Virus record (IMG/VR): IMGVR_UViG_3300033121_000376
Coordinates: 1-64,000 of that record
Length of the DNA: 64,000 nt
Origin: a virus
Taxonomy: Duplodnaviria; Caudoviricetes
Strand: one strand, 5' to 3'
Positions 10,344-20,264 of the stretch are shown piece by piece (the first letter of the stretch is position 1; every line of letters begins with the position of its first letter). The position numbers and the translations under genes were made by a program. The notes beneath the pieces are model-generated. The model searched no databases and was not told the origin of the DNA. It saw nothing but the letters and a program-made list of their open reading frames with translations.

Positions 10344-11786
10344 TTAAATTAAACGTGCTAACCGCTCTTTTACAGCGTCCTCTACAGACACCTTGTTATC
10401 AATACAGTAGGCCAGAGACTCGTCGATAGTGTCTTTGGCTATCAGCCGGTATATAAGAGTTGGGCGAGTGTACCCTGCCTGCGCCTGTCTAACATTTCCT
10501 ATTCGGCCTATGGCCTGAGAAATGATTTCAGCGTTCCAATCTAAACTGTAGAAACAGATTATGTTCGTGGTATGTTGTAACCCATCAACCCCATGTCCCG
10601 CGCTTTGCGGGTGTATGAACAGCAAGGGTATCTTACCTTTAGCGAAATCCTTATAGGTGTTCGGTTTACCGTCGAAAAACCTACCTTTCGGGAAGTGCTT
10701 CTGTAGCACCTCCAAATCTGCTTTGAACCAATAAGCGACGAGGATGGGTGTTCCGTTCGCGGCTTCGACCACACTCTCAAGAGCGATAATCTTTTCTTTG
10801 TGGATCTGTTCAAAATTTCTCTTATCGTCGAAATATACTGTTCCATTCGCTATCTGCCTGCACTTCATGAGTTTAGAAGAGTCGTGAAACACCTCTAAAT
10901 CTCCGTTTTCGATCAGCTCCATGATAAATTCACGTTCCATAGAGTCGTACTGCTCTTTTACGTGTTGTGGAAGCTCTACAGGTATGTCGATAACAGTTTC
11001 ATCAGCCAAAGACATGTAGTCTTTCGCACGTAGCGTAAACGTCACATCGGATATTTGACTGGTTATTTGCTCCTGAGCATACTCTTTAGGTACAGATTTA
11101 TAGCTGTATCGGTTAACGTCAAACCATCTGCCCTCAAAAGAACTGTACGAAGATCCTAATCTAACACCTCCATCTAGGAAGAAGAACTGTCCCCACAGAT
11201 CGCCTAAGCTATTCTGGCAGGGTGTTCCTGTAAGCAGCCATACTTGCTTGACGTACCTGAATATAGGCTTAATTATCGCGCAAGCCCTAGACCCAGATGT
11301 GCGGTATAACGTTCTTTTCGAGACACCGTTAGCGTCCTTATTAACGCGGTAGTGACCCCTAAAACCCTTCAACCTCGTTGATTCATCGAAAACTACCGTT
11401 GTAAAAGGCCACTTGCCTAGTTTGTCACATGTTTTTACAAGCCAGTCTAAGTTTTCGTAGTTGATAACTTTTATCTTACAGGGTGATTTTAAAGCACGAA
11501 GTCTTTGATCTTTGTCGCCGGTAACACTTGCTATTCCAATATTTGCGAGGTGGGCCCACTTTTTCGCTTCATTGTTCCAAGTGGCCTTTGCCACGAACGC
11601 AGGAGCGACTATTAGAAAATCGCCCCCATCATCGAGGTTGTTGTCTAGTAGGGTCTGTATCGCTGTTAAAACCATAACAGTCTTCCCAAGACCCATATCG
11701 ACAAACAATGCGCACCGGCTATGCTTCAAAAGGAATTTGACGCCTTCGACCTGGAAAGGTCTAGGCGTGAACGTCTTTGGCGGCAT
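10344..11786 (-). CDS. SNF2-like superfamily 2 helicase
   Basis: DMGLGKT, FDES, LLTGTP, HPQSAGHGVDGLQ, QAIGRI. Confidence 0.92.
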   Translation of the reverse strand: MPPKTFTPRPFQVEGVKFLLKHSRCALFVDMGLGKTVMVLTAIQTLLDNNLDDGGDFLIVAPAFVAKATWNNEAKKWAHLANIGIASVTGDKDQRLRALKSPCKIKVINYENLDWLVKTCDKLGKWPFTTVVFDESTRLKGFRGHYRVNKDANGVSKRTLYRTSGSRACAIIKPIFRYVKQVWLLTGTPCQNSLGDLWGQFFFLDGGVRLGSSYSSFEGRWFDVNRYSYKSVPKEYAQEQITSQISDVTFTLRAKDYMSLADETVIDIPVELPQHVKEQYDSMEREFIMELIENGDLEVFHDSSKLMKCRQIANGTVYFDDKRNFEQIHKEKIIALESVVEAANGTPILVAYWFKADLEVLQKHFPKGRFFDGKPNTYKDFAKGKIPLLFIHPQSAGHGVDGLQHTTNIICFYSLDWNAEIISQAIGRIGNVRQAQAGYTRPTLIYRLIAKDTIDESLAYCIDNKVSVEDAVKERLARLI

Positions 11787-12730
11787 TAGATTACATCGTC
11801 CTCAATTTCAGAACTGAACAGTTGTTTGAGATCAGAAACAAGCTTTCCAATCCACACGATTTCTTCCGTGAGCCTAATCACATAGGGATCTGCATGATCA
11901 TGAATTTCATCCGAAACTGGAGGAAATCCTAGACTTTTCAGAGCCATACTGGGTCCAATCTTGACTGAGGTGCCGTCAACATCCAGCGCAATCTCAATGA
12001 AGTGCTGCCCTTTTGACATGGCATAGCCAATGGCTGTACCCATATCGCTCAATTCTAAATTTTTGATAGTAGTTGTGTTCCCTGAATCCTCACATTTTAC
12101 GAAATGACCTGGGACAATATTTTCGAACCGTCCTGTCGAATCTACGTCGAGATTCAGCACGTCACACCGGATAAAATCTCTGCAAACTTCATGGAATAGC
12201 TGATCCTCGGTGTACAAACCACGCATTCCGTGAAACGTTTGGGGTGCATTTTCTGACGCCATACTGAACAGCACACCGCATGCCGCCGCAATGTATCTGT
12301 TTGATGTGGAGTTAAGAACCAGCAAACCTTTAGATGTGTCTACCACACACAAGATGTTCGTCTTTTTTATGAAAGCTTGGGGCAAGAGACTGTTGTAAAC
12401 TTGTTCTTTCAATCTTGCACGTTCGGTTTTTTTAACTTTTCGATCCTCTTCAGTTTCTATTCGAGATACTTCTTTTGAAACTGCGTCGTTTAGAACGCTG
12501 TTGGGTAGCATACGTTCGTGAATAGCTACTGTGAAGTAATACCCATTCGGAATTCTTCTGTAAAATATTCTCTCCCCATCAAGTTCTGACACGGGTAACA
12601 GCCCTTTAACACCTGCGCTGTTTGGATATTCTTCCAAGTTTTGAATGGCTAATTTTTTAGCCACGCTTTCGATCAACGTGGGTTGTGGAGGAGTAAGTTC
12701 GAAAACGGTTACGTTCTTTAAAATCTGCAT
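11786..12730 (-). CDS. rdgC: RdgC-like recombination-associated protein
   Basis: ERMLPNSVL...EEDRKVKKTERARLKEQV..SLLPQAFIKK resembles the RdgC core. Confidence 0.75.
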   Translation of the reverse strand: MQILKNVTVFELTPPQPTLIESVAKKLAIQNLEEYPNSAGVKGLLPVSELDGERIFYRRIPNGYYFTVAIHERMLPNSVLNDAVSKEVSRIETEEDRKVKKTERARLKEQVYNSLLPQAFIKKTNILCVVDTSKGLLVLNSTSNRYIAAACGVLFSMASENAPQTFHGMRGLYTEDQLFHEVCRDFIRCDVLNLDVDSTGRFENIVPGHFVKCEDSGNTTTIKNLELSDMGTAIGYAMSKGQHFIEIALDVDGTSVKIGPSMALKSLGFPPVSDEIHDHADPYVIRLTEEIVWIGKLVSDLKQLFSSEIEDDVI

Positions 12731-12739
12731 AATTTTTCC

Positions 12740-13177
12740 TCAATAGTATGTAACTTCAACACCGGCCTCTTCAAACATAATGTTTGAGAGATCTCTTTCA
12801 GCGATCCATTGTTCGTTTATAGAATCGCCTTTCATTGTCGGGGCTATAACGCGCTTTATACCGGACTGAATAATAAGTTTTGCGCAGTTAGAACAAGGGT
12901 GTAACGCGGTGACAACGAGGGTTGACCCAAACAGTTTAGCCCCAACCCTGGCGGCTTGAGCAATAGCGTTTGCCTCTGCGTGGCTTATGAATTTCAACTT
13001 GGTAGACCTGTCAGTGAGTCTTGCATAACTGTCCACAACCCCTCGCGGGAATCCGTTAAAACCAGTTGCTAAAACGGTGAAATCGTCGTCTATAACCACG
13101 GCACCGACTTTCGTAGACGGATCTTTGCTCATTTCCGATATAGCCTTCGCTATTTTTACGAATTTAATAATGTTCAT
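12740..13177 (-). CDS. dCMP deaminase
   Basis: SKDPSTKVGAV, GFNGFPRG, HAEANAI, PCSNC. Confidence 0.92.
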   Translation of the reverse strand: MNIIKFVKIAKAISEMSKDPSTKVGAVVIDDDFTVLATGFNGFPRGVVDSYARLTDRSTKLKFISHAEANAIAQAARVGAKLFGSTLVVTALHPCSNCAKLIIQSGIKRVIAPTMKGDSINEQWIAERDLSNIMFEEAGVEVTYY

Positions 13178-13506
13178 ACAATCGACACCTCTGATATGAA
13201 TAGATCAATCTTATTTTTTGTGTCCAGGCATTCAACGCGAAACCCTAATTTCTTCAATCGAGAAAATGCCCGTTCTTGCTCGGGTCGAAGTTTCTTTCCA
13301 GGACGTTTTGTCTCAACAAATATCGCCACGCCACCTGATAGAAGGATTATTCGATCAGGTTCCGATCTTCTCGGCGTGTATTTGTGGATCTGCGAACCGG
13401 GAATCCGTCTTGAAATCTCGGTTCGCAGATATTTCTCGATTACAGATTCTCGTACCTTATACAAAGTCGTAAACCTTGGGTGTACAAAAGAATCCAGGAA
13501 TTCCAC
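13174..13506 (-). CDS. VRR-NUC domain nuclease
   Basis: ESVIEKYL...EPDRIILL...FVETKRPGKKLRPEQ. Confidence 0.88.
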   Translation of the reverse strand: MEFLDSFVHPRFTTLYKVRESVIEKYLRTEISRRIPGSQIHKYTPRRSEPDRIILLSGGVAIFVETKRPGKKLRPEQERAFSRLKKLGFRVECLDTKNKIDLFISEVSIV

Positions 13507-13963
13507 AACTTAAAAGCCTTTTTTTGTTGTAGTCTCCGATCGCTAAGAACACGCTTGGCGCACCCGCATTTCCTTTAGCACGATCCCCATTTGGTCTGTG
13601 AAACGTAAGCCTGCCTGCAGGGAAGAACATAAGCCAGTCGTGTTTTATAACACGTTGGAACCAAGCGGTTTCAGTTCTTGCGAAAACTAGCGCGATTCCA
13701 TCACCGTGTTCAGCAAGTTTGTGCAACCACAACTCTGCTTCAGAACTGTAAGGAGGGTTGCACCACACCCTACCTTTCCACACAATGTTTAAACCGTTAC
13801 CGTCAGATTCCGTAAAATGATTACGAGCTGTTGGCCAAGGTCTAGGATTAGGAGCTGCACACGGATCGAAATCAAAAGGTCCCAAAGTCTCAATAATGTT
13901 TTGAGGCGTCAGCCACACATTTGTTTCACCCCTGTTCGGCCTCTCATGTTTTCCAATACTCAT
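13457..13963 (-). CDS. Phage DNA N6-adenine methyltransferase
   Basis: WLTPQ, FDFDPCA, VWCNPPY, ARTETAWF. Confidence 0.88.
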   Translation of the reverse strand: MSIGKHERPNRGETNVWLTPQNIIETLGPFDFDPCAAPNPRPWPTARNHFTESDGNGLNIVWKGRVWCNPPYSSEAELWLHKLAEHGDGIALVFARTETAWFQRVIKHDWLMFFPAGRLTFHRPNGDRAKGNAGAPSVFLAIGDYNKKRLLSCGIPGFFCTPKVYDFV

Positions 13964-14530
13964 CTACGCTACTCTCAGTGAAGGGAGTTCTTGCATCGCT
14001 TTAACTCGAAGGTAAGTGTGAAAAGACAACGGGATTTCCGTATCAGATTTAGAAACATACTCTGAAAATCGAGATTCCCATTTTTCTGTGTCTGAAAAAC
14101 ACTGGAATTCCTTGAAATACGCTGCATCATCTCTACAGTACACAGGATCGTATATCTGCGTTACGAAAGCCACGTCGACCAAATCTCTATCGAGTGCCTC
14201 AGAATAGAGTCGAGATCCTCCACAAACATGAAGCCATTTTTTACCGAGAGAACGCGCTATTTCCACAGCCTCGTCGAGTGATCGCGCTATCCTGGTAGTA
14301 TCGTCGCTAGCAATGTTAAGAGCACTCGTAAGCACGATGTTCAGTCTGCCTGGAAGCGGTCTGTAGTTTAACGATTTAAACGTGTTGAATCCGTAAACTA
14401 CAGCTTCTCCGAATGTCAGGTGTTTAAACCGTTTAAGATCGTAAGGTGCGTACCACGGGATTCCCCCGTTGCAACCAATCAACCCATTGACATCGTGCGC
14501 TACTACCAACGAAACATGCGGTCGTGTCAT
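13964..14530 (-). CDS. folA: Dihydrofolate reductase
   Basis: LIGCNGGIPW...DLKRFKHLT...PLPGRLNIVLT...VCGG. Confidence 0.9.
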   Translation of the reverse strand: MTRPHVSLVVAHDVNGLIGCNGGIPWYAPYDLKRFKHLTFGEAVVYGFNTFKSLNYRPLPGRLNIVLTSALNIASDDTTRIARSLDEAVEIARSLGKKWLHVCGGSRLYSEALDRDLVDVAFVTQIYDPVYCRDDAAYFKEFQCFSDTEKWESRFSEYVSKSDTEIPLSFHTYLRVKAMQELPSLRVA

Positions 14531-15381
14531 ATTGAAATCTCCCCTGTTAATGCCGGGTAAGGGTCGTACTCAGTGAGGTGGAAATCTTCGAATCTTAGCT
14601 TCTCAATGAAGTCCGATACGTCCCCTCTGAACACTGAACTTGGGTAAAACTGCAGTTTAGGGAGATCGCGAGGTGTTCTTGCCAGTTGATCGTGTATCTG
14701 GTTCAGGTGGTTCTCGTAGATGTGCGTATCTCCAAAAATCATGTGAAGTTTGCCCGGTCTAGCCTCGCACAAGTACGACAGTATGTGCAACATTGCTGCG
14801 TATGAAGCAATGTTAAACGGCATGCCTAAAAATGAATCGACTGATCGCATCACAACCTGCATGCTTAATACCATTGCACCATCGGCATCCCTGCTAGCGT
14901 AACATTGAAACATGACGTGACATGGAGCTAACGCCATTTTTCCAAGTTGGACATTCCTTTGCGGGGAAAATCCCTCGTGCGGCAAGTCGCAGGGGTTCCA
15001 AGCAGACACGATATGCCGTCTACTACGAGGGTTTTTAAGAAGACCGTCTACTAGGTTTAATATCTGATCCTCGCCTCGAAAATTTCGCCACTGATGGCCG
15101 TAAATCGGTCCAAGATTGCCGTATGTGTCAGCCCACGCATCCCAAATGTGAACCCCTTTATCGACAAGACTTTGGATGTTTGTCTCTCCGCGTAGTATCC
15201 ACAAGAGCTCTTCAATAACACCGCGAAAGAAGATTTTCTTAGTTGTCACCAACGGAAAGCCTTTGCTTAAATCGAACGTGAGATTTTTTCCGAACACAGA
15301 GATCGCATCTGTACCCGTTCTGTTCGGCATCATTTCACCATCTTGTACGATTTCGTATAGAAGTTGTAAGTAGTTCTTCAC
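14527..15381 (-). CDS. thyA: Thymidylate synthase
   Basis: NRTGT, FPLVTTKK, LGPIYGHQWR, MALAPCH, RSVDSFLGMPFNIASY, GDTHIYENH. Confidence 0.96.
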   Translation of the reverse strand: MKNYLQLLYEIVQDGEMMPNRTGTDAISVFGKNLTFDLSKGFPLVTTKKIFFRGVIEELLWILRGETNIQSLVDKGVHIWDAWADTYGNLGPIYGHQWRNFRGEDQILNLVDGLLKNPRSRRHIVSAWNPCDLPHEGFSPQRNVQLGKMALAPCHVMFQCYASRDADGAMVLSMQVVMRSVDSFLGMPFNIASYAAMLHILSYLCEARPGKLHMIFGDTHIYENHLNQIHDQLARTPRDLPKLQFYPSSVFRGDVSDFIEKLRFEDFHLTEYDPYPALTGEISI

Positions 15382-15384
15382 AGT

Positions 15385-15795
15385 TTAACCCTCGTTATCG
15401 GCGATTAGTTCACGCACTGTTTCACGAATACCGTTTAACAATCTTTTAGATTTAGCATTGTTAACCCCAAGTTCCTGTGTCGTTTTGTATTCATTAATCA
15501 GATCAAGAAAAACACTTATGATTCGAATATCTTCGATCTGTGCAGTGAAGGCGTCTCGAAAATGACGTGTGTCCTTTTCCACAACGCCGTGATGTAGCTG
15601 TTCTATAAGATCAACTTCGTGCAGTATTTTCTGCAAGTCTTCTACCCTGTTGCCTTTGTTCCGCATGAGACGCTTCACGATGCACCCGTGCAAAAATGGC
15701 AGCCCTTCATGAACAATCACTTGAACAGGTTGTACCTTGTAACTCTTATAGTGTGATCCACCAACTTGAACGTCTAGCGCACTGGATTCTGTCAT
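15385..15795 (-). CDS. DUF3310-like phage protein
   Basis: QVGGSHYK...QP...R.K.NRVEDLQK. Confidence 0.75.
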   Translation of the reverse strand: MTESSALDVQVGGSHYKSYKVQPVQVIVHEGLPFLHGCIVKRLMRNKGNRVEDLQKILHEVDLIEQLHHGVVEKDTRHFRDAFTAQIEDIRIISVFLDLINEYKTTQELGVNNAKSKRLLNGIRETVRELIADNEG

Positions 15796-16037
15796 GTTTT
15801 AACCTCGTAGTAGTTAACAGACGATAGTCTGCGTGTAGTTTCTAAAAAATCCCTAGTGTATTGCTCAAAATACACATCTGGAACGGATAATGGGATAGGA
15901 ATTGCATCTTCTACCGGAAACTGGAATCGTCTAAAAGTCCCATTTTCCTTCAATGAGATGTAGTATTTCACACCTTGTTTTCCATAATTTTTTGAGTACA
16001 ACCTTGCAGCGCCGTACTGCTTTAATATCTTCATCAA
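15792..16037 (-). CDS. Hypothetical protein
   Basis: Coupled ORF with 4-nt overlaps inside the operon. Confidence 0.6.
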   Translation of the reverse strand: MMKILKQYGAARLYSKNYGKQGVKYYISLKENGTFRRFQFPVEDAIPIPLSVPDVYFEQYTRDFLETTRRLSSVNYYEVKT

Positions 16038-16315
16038 TCGACACCATGTTTCAAAGTTAGTTTTCCAGCAGATGTTAGGGCTAATCGGTGCTCACCGTCA
16101 TATCCAAAAGGCGTTAGTATTATCAGACGAGCTTCGTGCAGTCTACGCAGTACTCTTTCAGCACTAAGCCTTCTTCCTTGCGGCATGCTCTGGCGTCTAA
16201 ACTTCATGTCGGGGTACAACACCTTTCCAAAATCATCAAATCGAAACACTTCTGGCTCAAAGCTGACTGCAATTTGCAACGCTTTTAAATCAGTATCTGT
16301 CAGTTTCATGCTCAA
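16034..16315 (-). CDS. Hypothetical protein (possible winged helix)
   Basis: Coupled ORF downstream of the polymerase gene. Confidence 0.55.
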   Translation of the reverse strand: MSMKLTDTDLKALQIAVSFEPEVFRFDDFGKVLYPDMKFRRQSMPQGRRLSAERVLRRLHEARLIILTPFGYDGEHRLALTSAGKLTLKHGVD

Positions 16316-18420
16316 TCCTCTTTATGGTATCGATATGTCTCAAAGCCTTTTGCAGCGAGGGGGAGTGACTTTGCCCAGGGCGGTTGAGTAGACATGCAAG
16401 CTTCTAATCCGCCAACAGTGTACTCCTCGGTATCTGGTACTTCACACACCAACTCGTCGTGAACAACCAGGATCGTTTTGTAACCTTCTCTATCTGCCAG
16501 TTTCTGCCCATATTTGAATATGTCTCGGCTTATAGCTTGAACTATATTTTCGGTTATTTTCGGACCCGTTGTTGGGATGTACTGCCATTTCTTAGTGAAC
16601 TGATGTTCCCCCTGGAAAGATAACTTCCCGTGCTCATCCATCTGCATGCCTGGGTAGCAAAGCCTCCTTCCGCTTGGCATGTGAACGAATACCCAATTCT
16701 TGTATTTTTCCGCGCCAAAACCCTCAACCCCGAATGGAAAAACCTCATGCGGCTTGCCGAATAACAGGGCTTGCCGAATAGCATCTTCAATATCAGACCA
16801 CAGCTTGCAAGTAGCAGGATGTCCAGCTCTCCACAGTCTTTTCGTAGCATCAATAGCTGCAAAAGCAGTGCCTGATAACCCGTGCGTACTAAGGTTTTTG
16901 GAGACTGCCCAATCGTAAAAATTTTCCGCTTCCGCCATCACGTTTGAAGGGAGTACGCCAACCAGTTTGTCGGACAGAGCTTCCAAGTCGATTTTAAACG
17001 CTGTCGCGAAATTAACGAAAGCGCCAACTCCACCACCGTACCCACAAGCCAGTTCCAACACTTTTCCTATCTGGCGCTGGTCTTTTGTGACCTTGTAAGG
17101 ATCTACCTGAAACGATTTAGCATAGGACATCATGTAGAGATCTGGAGATTTCGGATCGGCATCGCTCTCGCTATACGCCTGAACTTTCCAACCCTCTTCT
17201 GCAGCCCATGCCAACCCCCTCCCCTCGATGGATGACAAATCGGCTATGACAAGCTTCATTCCTTCAGGCGCACAGATAGCGTATCGTAATGCGCTCGATG
17301 CTAAGTGCATTACATCGTAACCAATCTCAAACGCCATGTCGTGTTTGAGGGCTTTGATACCCATCATAACGTCTTTATATTTTAAAAGTCCTCTGCTCGG
17401 GAAGTTCTGAGGCTGTATCATCCGGCCAGCATCTCTAGCAGTGCGTTTAGCCCCGTTAAACTGTATGGCACCTCTAATACGATTGTCAGAACACGCGACA
17501 GCTCGCATTTTTTTAAACTTAGCGGTGCTGGATGTTGTCGAGGCACGTCTTAACACGAGCAACTCGCGTATTGCGGAATCCGTCTCTGGATCATCTATAA
17601 TCTGCTCCACCGTTGCTTTACGCATATTGTCTATATCAAGCCCGTGCGTCTTGATTAGGTAATCCATTAACGCATCTCGCTGTGTGGCAGCTTGTACTTC
17701 CCCATCGGTCAACTCAACAGTTGTTCTATTAAGTTTAACTCTGGCGTCAGTTATGGCTCTTTGGGCAGCATCAACAAGCTCCATATCGATCGGCAACCCT
17801 CGGTCGTTCAAATCCTGATCGAGAAACCAGTAATCTAGCTCTGGTCTATTAGGATAGTTAAACGCTGGCAACCTTGCATGTATCAAAGGCATGACTTCAG
17901 TATCTCTAAGGCAATACTCTTTGTACAGCTCCCATTCAGATCGGTGAGTCTTATATGTTCGCCATGTCAACTCACCAGTTTTAGCGTTTTTAGTCGGTTT
18001 GCAGAACATAAGCACCAACCTCTTACCATCTTTAAGTTTTGCCCTATCCTCACCGATCTTTACTACTTGACCTAAAGCTTCCAGACTTCCAGGCAAACTG
18101 TGCGACATTGCCTGGATCATCATGCAGCGGAATCGCTGTACGGGAAGAACAACGCCTAGCGTATGAAGAAGAATTCTATCGAACTGCGCATTGTGAAACA
18201 TAAAAATACAATCAGGGTTCTCAATGTGTTCTTTAAGATCTTTAGGCATTTGCTGCCCTTCTTCTGGAACCCACAACGCAGCTTTAGCGTCACCTTTCCG
18301 CATGTACGAGAACATCTGAACTCGTGTTGAGGGGTGTTCTGCATATTTGTATACACCAGCCGATTTCAAATCGCACTCAGATGCCGTTTCCAAATCTCCG
18401 TATACCAAATATTTCGACAC
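16312..18420 (-). CDS. polA: Phage family A DNA polymerase with 3'-5' exonuclease
   Basis: DLET, HNAQFDR, ADLSSIEGR (motif A), RQIGKVLELACGYGGG (motif B), VHDE (motif C). Confidence 0.95.
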   Translation of the reverse strand: MSKYLVYGDLETASECDLKSAGVYKYAEHPSTRVQMFSYMRKGDAKAALWVPEEGQQMPKDLKEHIENPDCIFMFHNAQFDRILLHTLGVVLPVQRFRCMMIQAMSHSLPGSLEALGQVVKIGEDRAKLKDGKRLVLMFCKPTKNAKTGELTWRTYKTHRSEWELYKEYCLRDTEVMPLIHARLPAFNYPNRPELDYWFLDQDLNDRGLPIDMELVDAAQRAITDARVKLNRTTVELTDGEVQAATQRDALMDYLIKTHGLDIDNMRKATVEQIIDDPETDSAIRELLVLRRASTTSSTAKFKKMRAVACSDNRIRGAIQFNGAKRTARDAGRMIQPQNFPSRGLLKYKDVMMGIKALKHDMAFEIGYDVMHLASSALRYAICAPEGMKLVIADLSSIEGRGLAWAAEEGWKVQAYSESDADPKSPDLYMMSYAKSFQVDPYKVTKDQRQIGKVLELACGYGGGVGAFVNFATAFKIDLEALSDKLVGVLPSNVMAEAENFYDWAVSKNLSTHGLSGTAFAAIDATKRLWRAGHPATCKLWSDIEDAIRQALLFGKPHEVFPFGVEGFGAEKYKNWVFVHMPSGRRLCYPGMQMDEHGKLSFQGEHQFTKKWQYIPTTGPKITENIVQAISRDIFKYGQKLADREGYKTILVVHDELVCEVPDTEEYTVGGLEACMSTQPPWAKSLPLAAKGFETYRYHKED

Positions 18421-18423
18421 TGC

Positions 18424-18651
18424 TTACTCCTGTTCGTTAAAAAATGCGCATAGTTCTTCCGCCTTAGCCTTAGCTTCTGCCTCCTGCTCAGGCGTAAGTC
18501 TTACCAGAGCAGGAGCTTCAGCGGGCCACGTTAACCACCGTCCGAAGTGCCACATCGAACACCAATCATGTGCAGACTCGTCGAATACCGCAAACCACGC
18601 GACTACTTCACCGTCTACGATCACGGACACTCCGTGTTGAATGGGGGTCAT
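18424..18651 (-). CDS. Hypothetical protein
   Basis: 75-aa coupled ORF. Confidence 0.55.
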   Translation of the reverse strand: MTPIQHGVSVIVDGEVVAWFAVFDESAHDWCSMWHFGRWLTWPAEAPALVRLTPEQEAEAKAKAEELCAFFNEQE

Positions 18652-19310
18652 GCGTTAACAGCTATAATCACATTGAAACCATCAAGTTTCGGATCTGTAG
18701 GATGTACTGCGTCCATAATGACGGTTCTCTCTATGCCATCCAGACCCCAAAAGGTTTTTACAGCTCGGACTACTCTGCTCATTTCCGCACCTGAGTCGGG
18801 AATTTCAGCATCCATAGAAAATCTATGCCCAGTCGGGTATCTAGGCAATAAGAACGTGTCGTCGATTGCAACGAGGTCTTCCAGGTCTGTGACTCCTGCC
18901 ACTAATTGCTCACCACTGATCAAGTTTCTCAAATGCAATTCGGACAGTTCTTCGGTGTCGGCGTCTCTTAATGTTTCGGTGATTATCAATGGGCTTAGAT
19001 ACTCTTTATCTCCCACTAGACTGTTTGTAGAAAGTACCAAACCACCTACGCCAAATACAGAATCGCGCACTACTTCTACACCGGAAGCATTCATAATCTG
19101 AAACGCATTTTCACAACGTCGGTTGTAAATAGAAACGCAAACCAGCTTCATTCCAGTACGCGAGGGAAACGTGGCCAATACGTGATACACACAGTCGTGG
19201 TGTTCTACTTCATAGCCTGGAAGTATCGGAAAGTGTGAGTAATCCTCACACATTTCCAGAGGTTGTCTTGGTAACATTGCGTCTAAAATTGCGCTTAATA
19301 TTTTACTCAT
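18648..19310 (-). CDS. Hypothetical protein
   Basis: 220-aa coupled ORF. Confidence 0.65.
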   Translation of the reverse strand: MSKILSAILDAMLPRQPLEMCEDYSHFPILPGYEVEHHDCVYHVLATFPSRTGMKLVCVSIYNRRCENAFQIMNASGVEVVRDSVFGVGGLVLSTNSLVGDKEYLSPLIITETLRDADTEELSELHLRNLISGEQLVAGVTDLEDLVAIDDTFLLPRYPTGHRFSMDAEIPDSGAEMSRVVRAVKTFWGLDGIERTVIMDAVHPTDPKLDGFNVIIAVNA

Positions 19311-19581
19311 CTTGAGATCTCCAAAAAATTTCTAGTTTGTCCAATTGCGGTGTGAGTGTCGTTTCCAGCTTCAAGATCTGGTTCAACCGAGTGGCTCCCG
19401 AAATATCCCAAGTTATTCCACCCGAGCGATTCATAGCCTCGATGGAAATCGCTTTTAGCATGCCGAAACACCGGTCTGTAGGGATATTAAAACGACGCGA
19501 TACAGCGCCAATCGAGTGCCCTTTAAACAGGCTTCGCGCCACTTCGAGGTGACGTGCTCTGGATTTTTTCGGAATATTCAC
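19303..19581 (-). CDS. Hypothetical protein (possible HTH)
   Basis: 92-aa ORF, GTG start with RBS caggaga. Confidence 0.55.
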   Translation of the reverse strand: MNIPKKSRARHLEVARSLFKGHSIGAVSRRFNIPTDRCFGMLKAISIEAMNRSGGITWDISGATRLNQILKLETTLTPQLDKLEIFWRSQDE

Positions 19582-19640
19582 TGTGGTTCTCCTGACTGTT
19601 GTTAAAAGGCGGCATTTCTGCCGCCTGTACCGCTTACGAA

Positions 19641-20243
19641 TTAGAATGGGATGTCATCGTCAAAGGTTGTATGGTCGCCGCCAAACTCTTGGTTTTCCTC
19701 GTCGTCAAATCCAATGTCCTCGAAATCGTCAGAGGTTGCAGCAGCCGCTCCACCAAACGCTTCACCGTGTTTCACAAATTGAACGGCTACTAATCCAGCT
19801 CGGATACCTTTTCCAAACTTGTTATCCTGCGCCCAAACATCGATGGACATGTTCACGTATACACCAGAGTAAATAAGGCCCGAACTTTCCGTAATTATAG
19901 TTTTACCGTCTCGACCAACAATTTTAGGTGGACCATCTTTCAAGGCACGGGTTGCACTGACTATCATGTGTCCAGCCGCCCCATTGAAGTCCTTAAGATC
20001 TCCGTCAGCGTACATACACTGCTTTGGATTAGCCATGATCTGCTTGTAAACTGTAGATGCTTTGTCGCCCCACTTCTCTTTAGCAACATCCTGCATTGTT
20101 TTGACAACCTTCTTGCAGTTGTCATCGCCTTTTTCTAGCAGAGCTAGCGTCCTGTAGTTAAACGGTCCAGTTCCTTGATACTGAACCGCTGTAAACAGGT
20201 CTGGAAATGAAAGGCGAACTTCTTTCAGTACTATTCTCGGCAT
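19641..20243 (-). CDS. DUF2815-family single-stranded DNA-binding protein
   Basis: VRLSFPDLF, YSGVYVN...WAQDNKFGKGIRAGLVAVQFVKHGEAFGG, acidic tail ending DDDIPF. Confidence 0.9.
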   Translation of the reverse strand: MPRIVLKEVRLSFPDLFTAVQYQGTGPFNYRTLALLEKGDDNCKKVVKTMQDVAKEKWGDKASTVYKQIMANPKQCMYADGDLKDFNGAAGHMIVSATRALKDGPPKIVGRDGKTIITESSGLIYSGVYVNMSIDVWAQDNKFGKGIRAGLVAVQFVKHGEAFGGAAAATSDDFEDIGFDDEENQEFGGDHTTFDDDIPF

Positions 20244-20264
20244 AAAGCCCTCACTTTTTGGTTT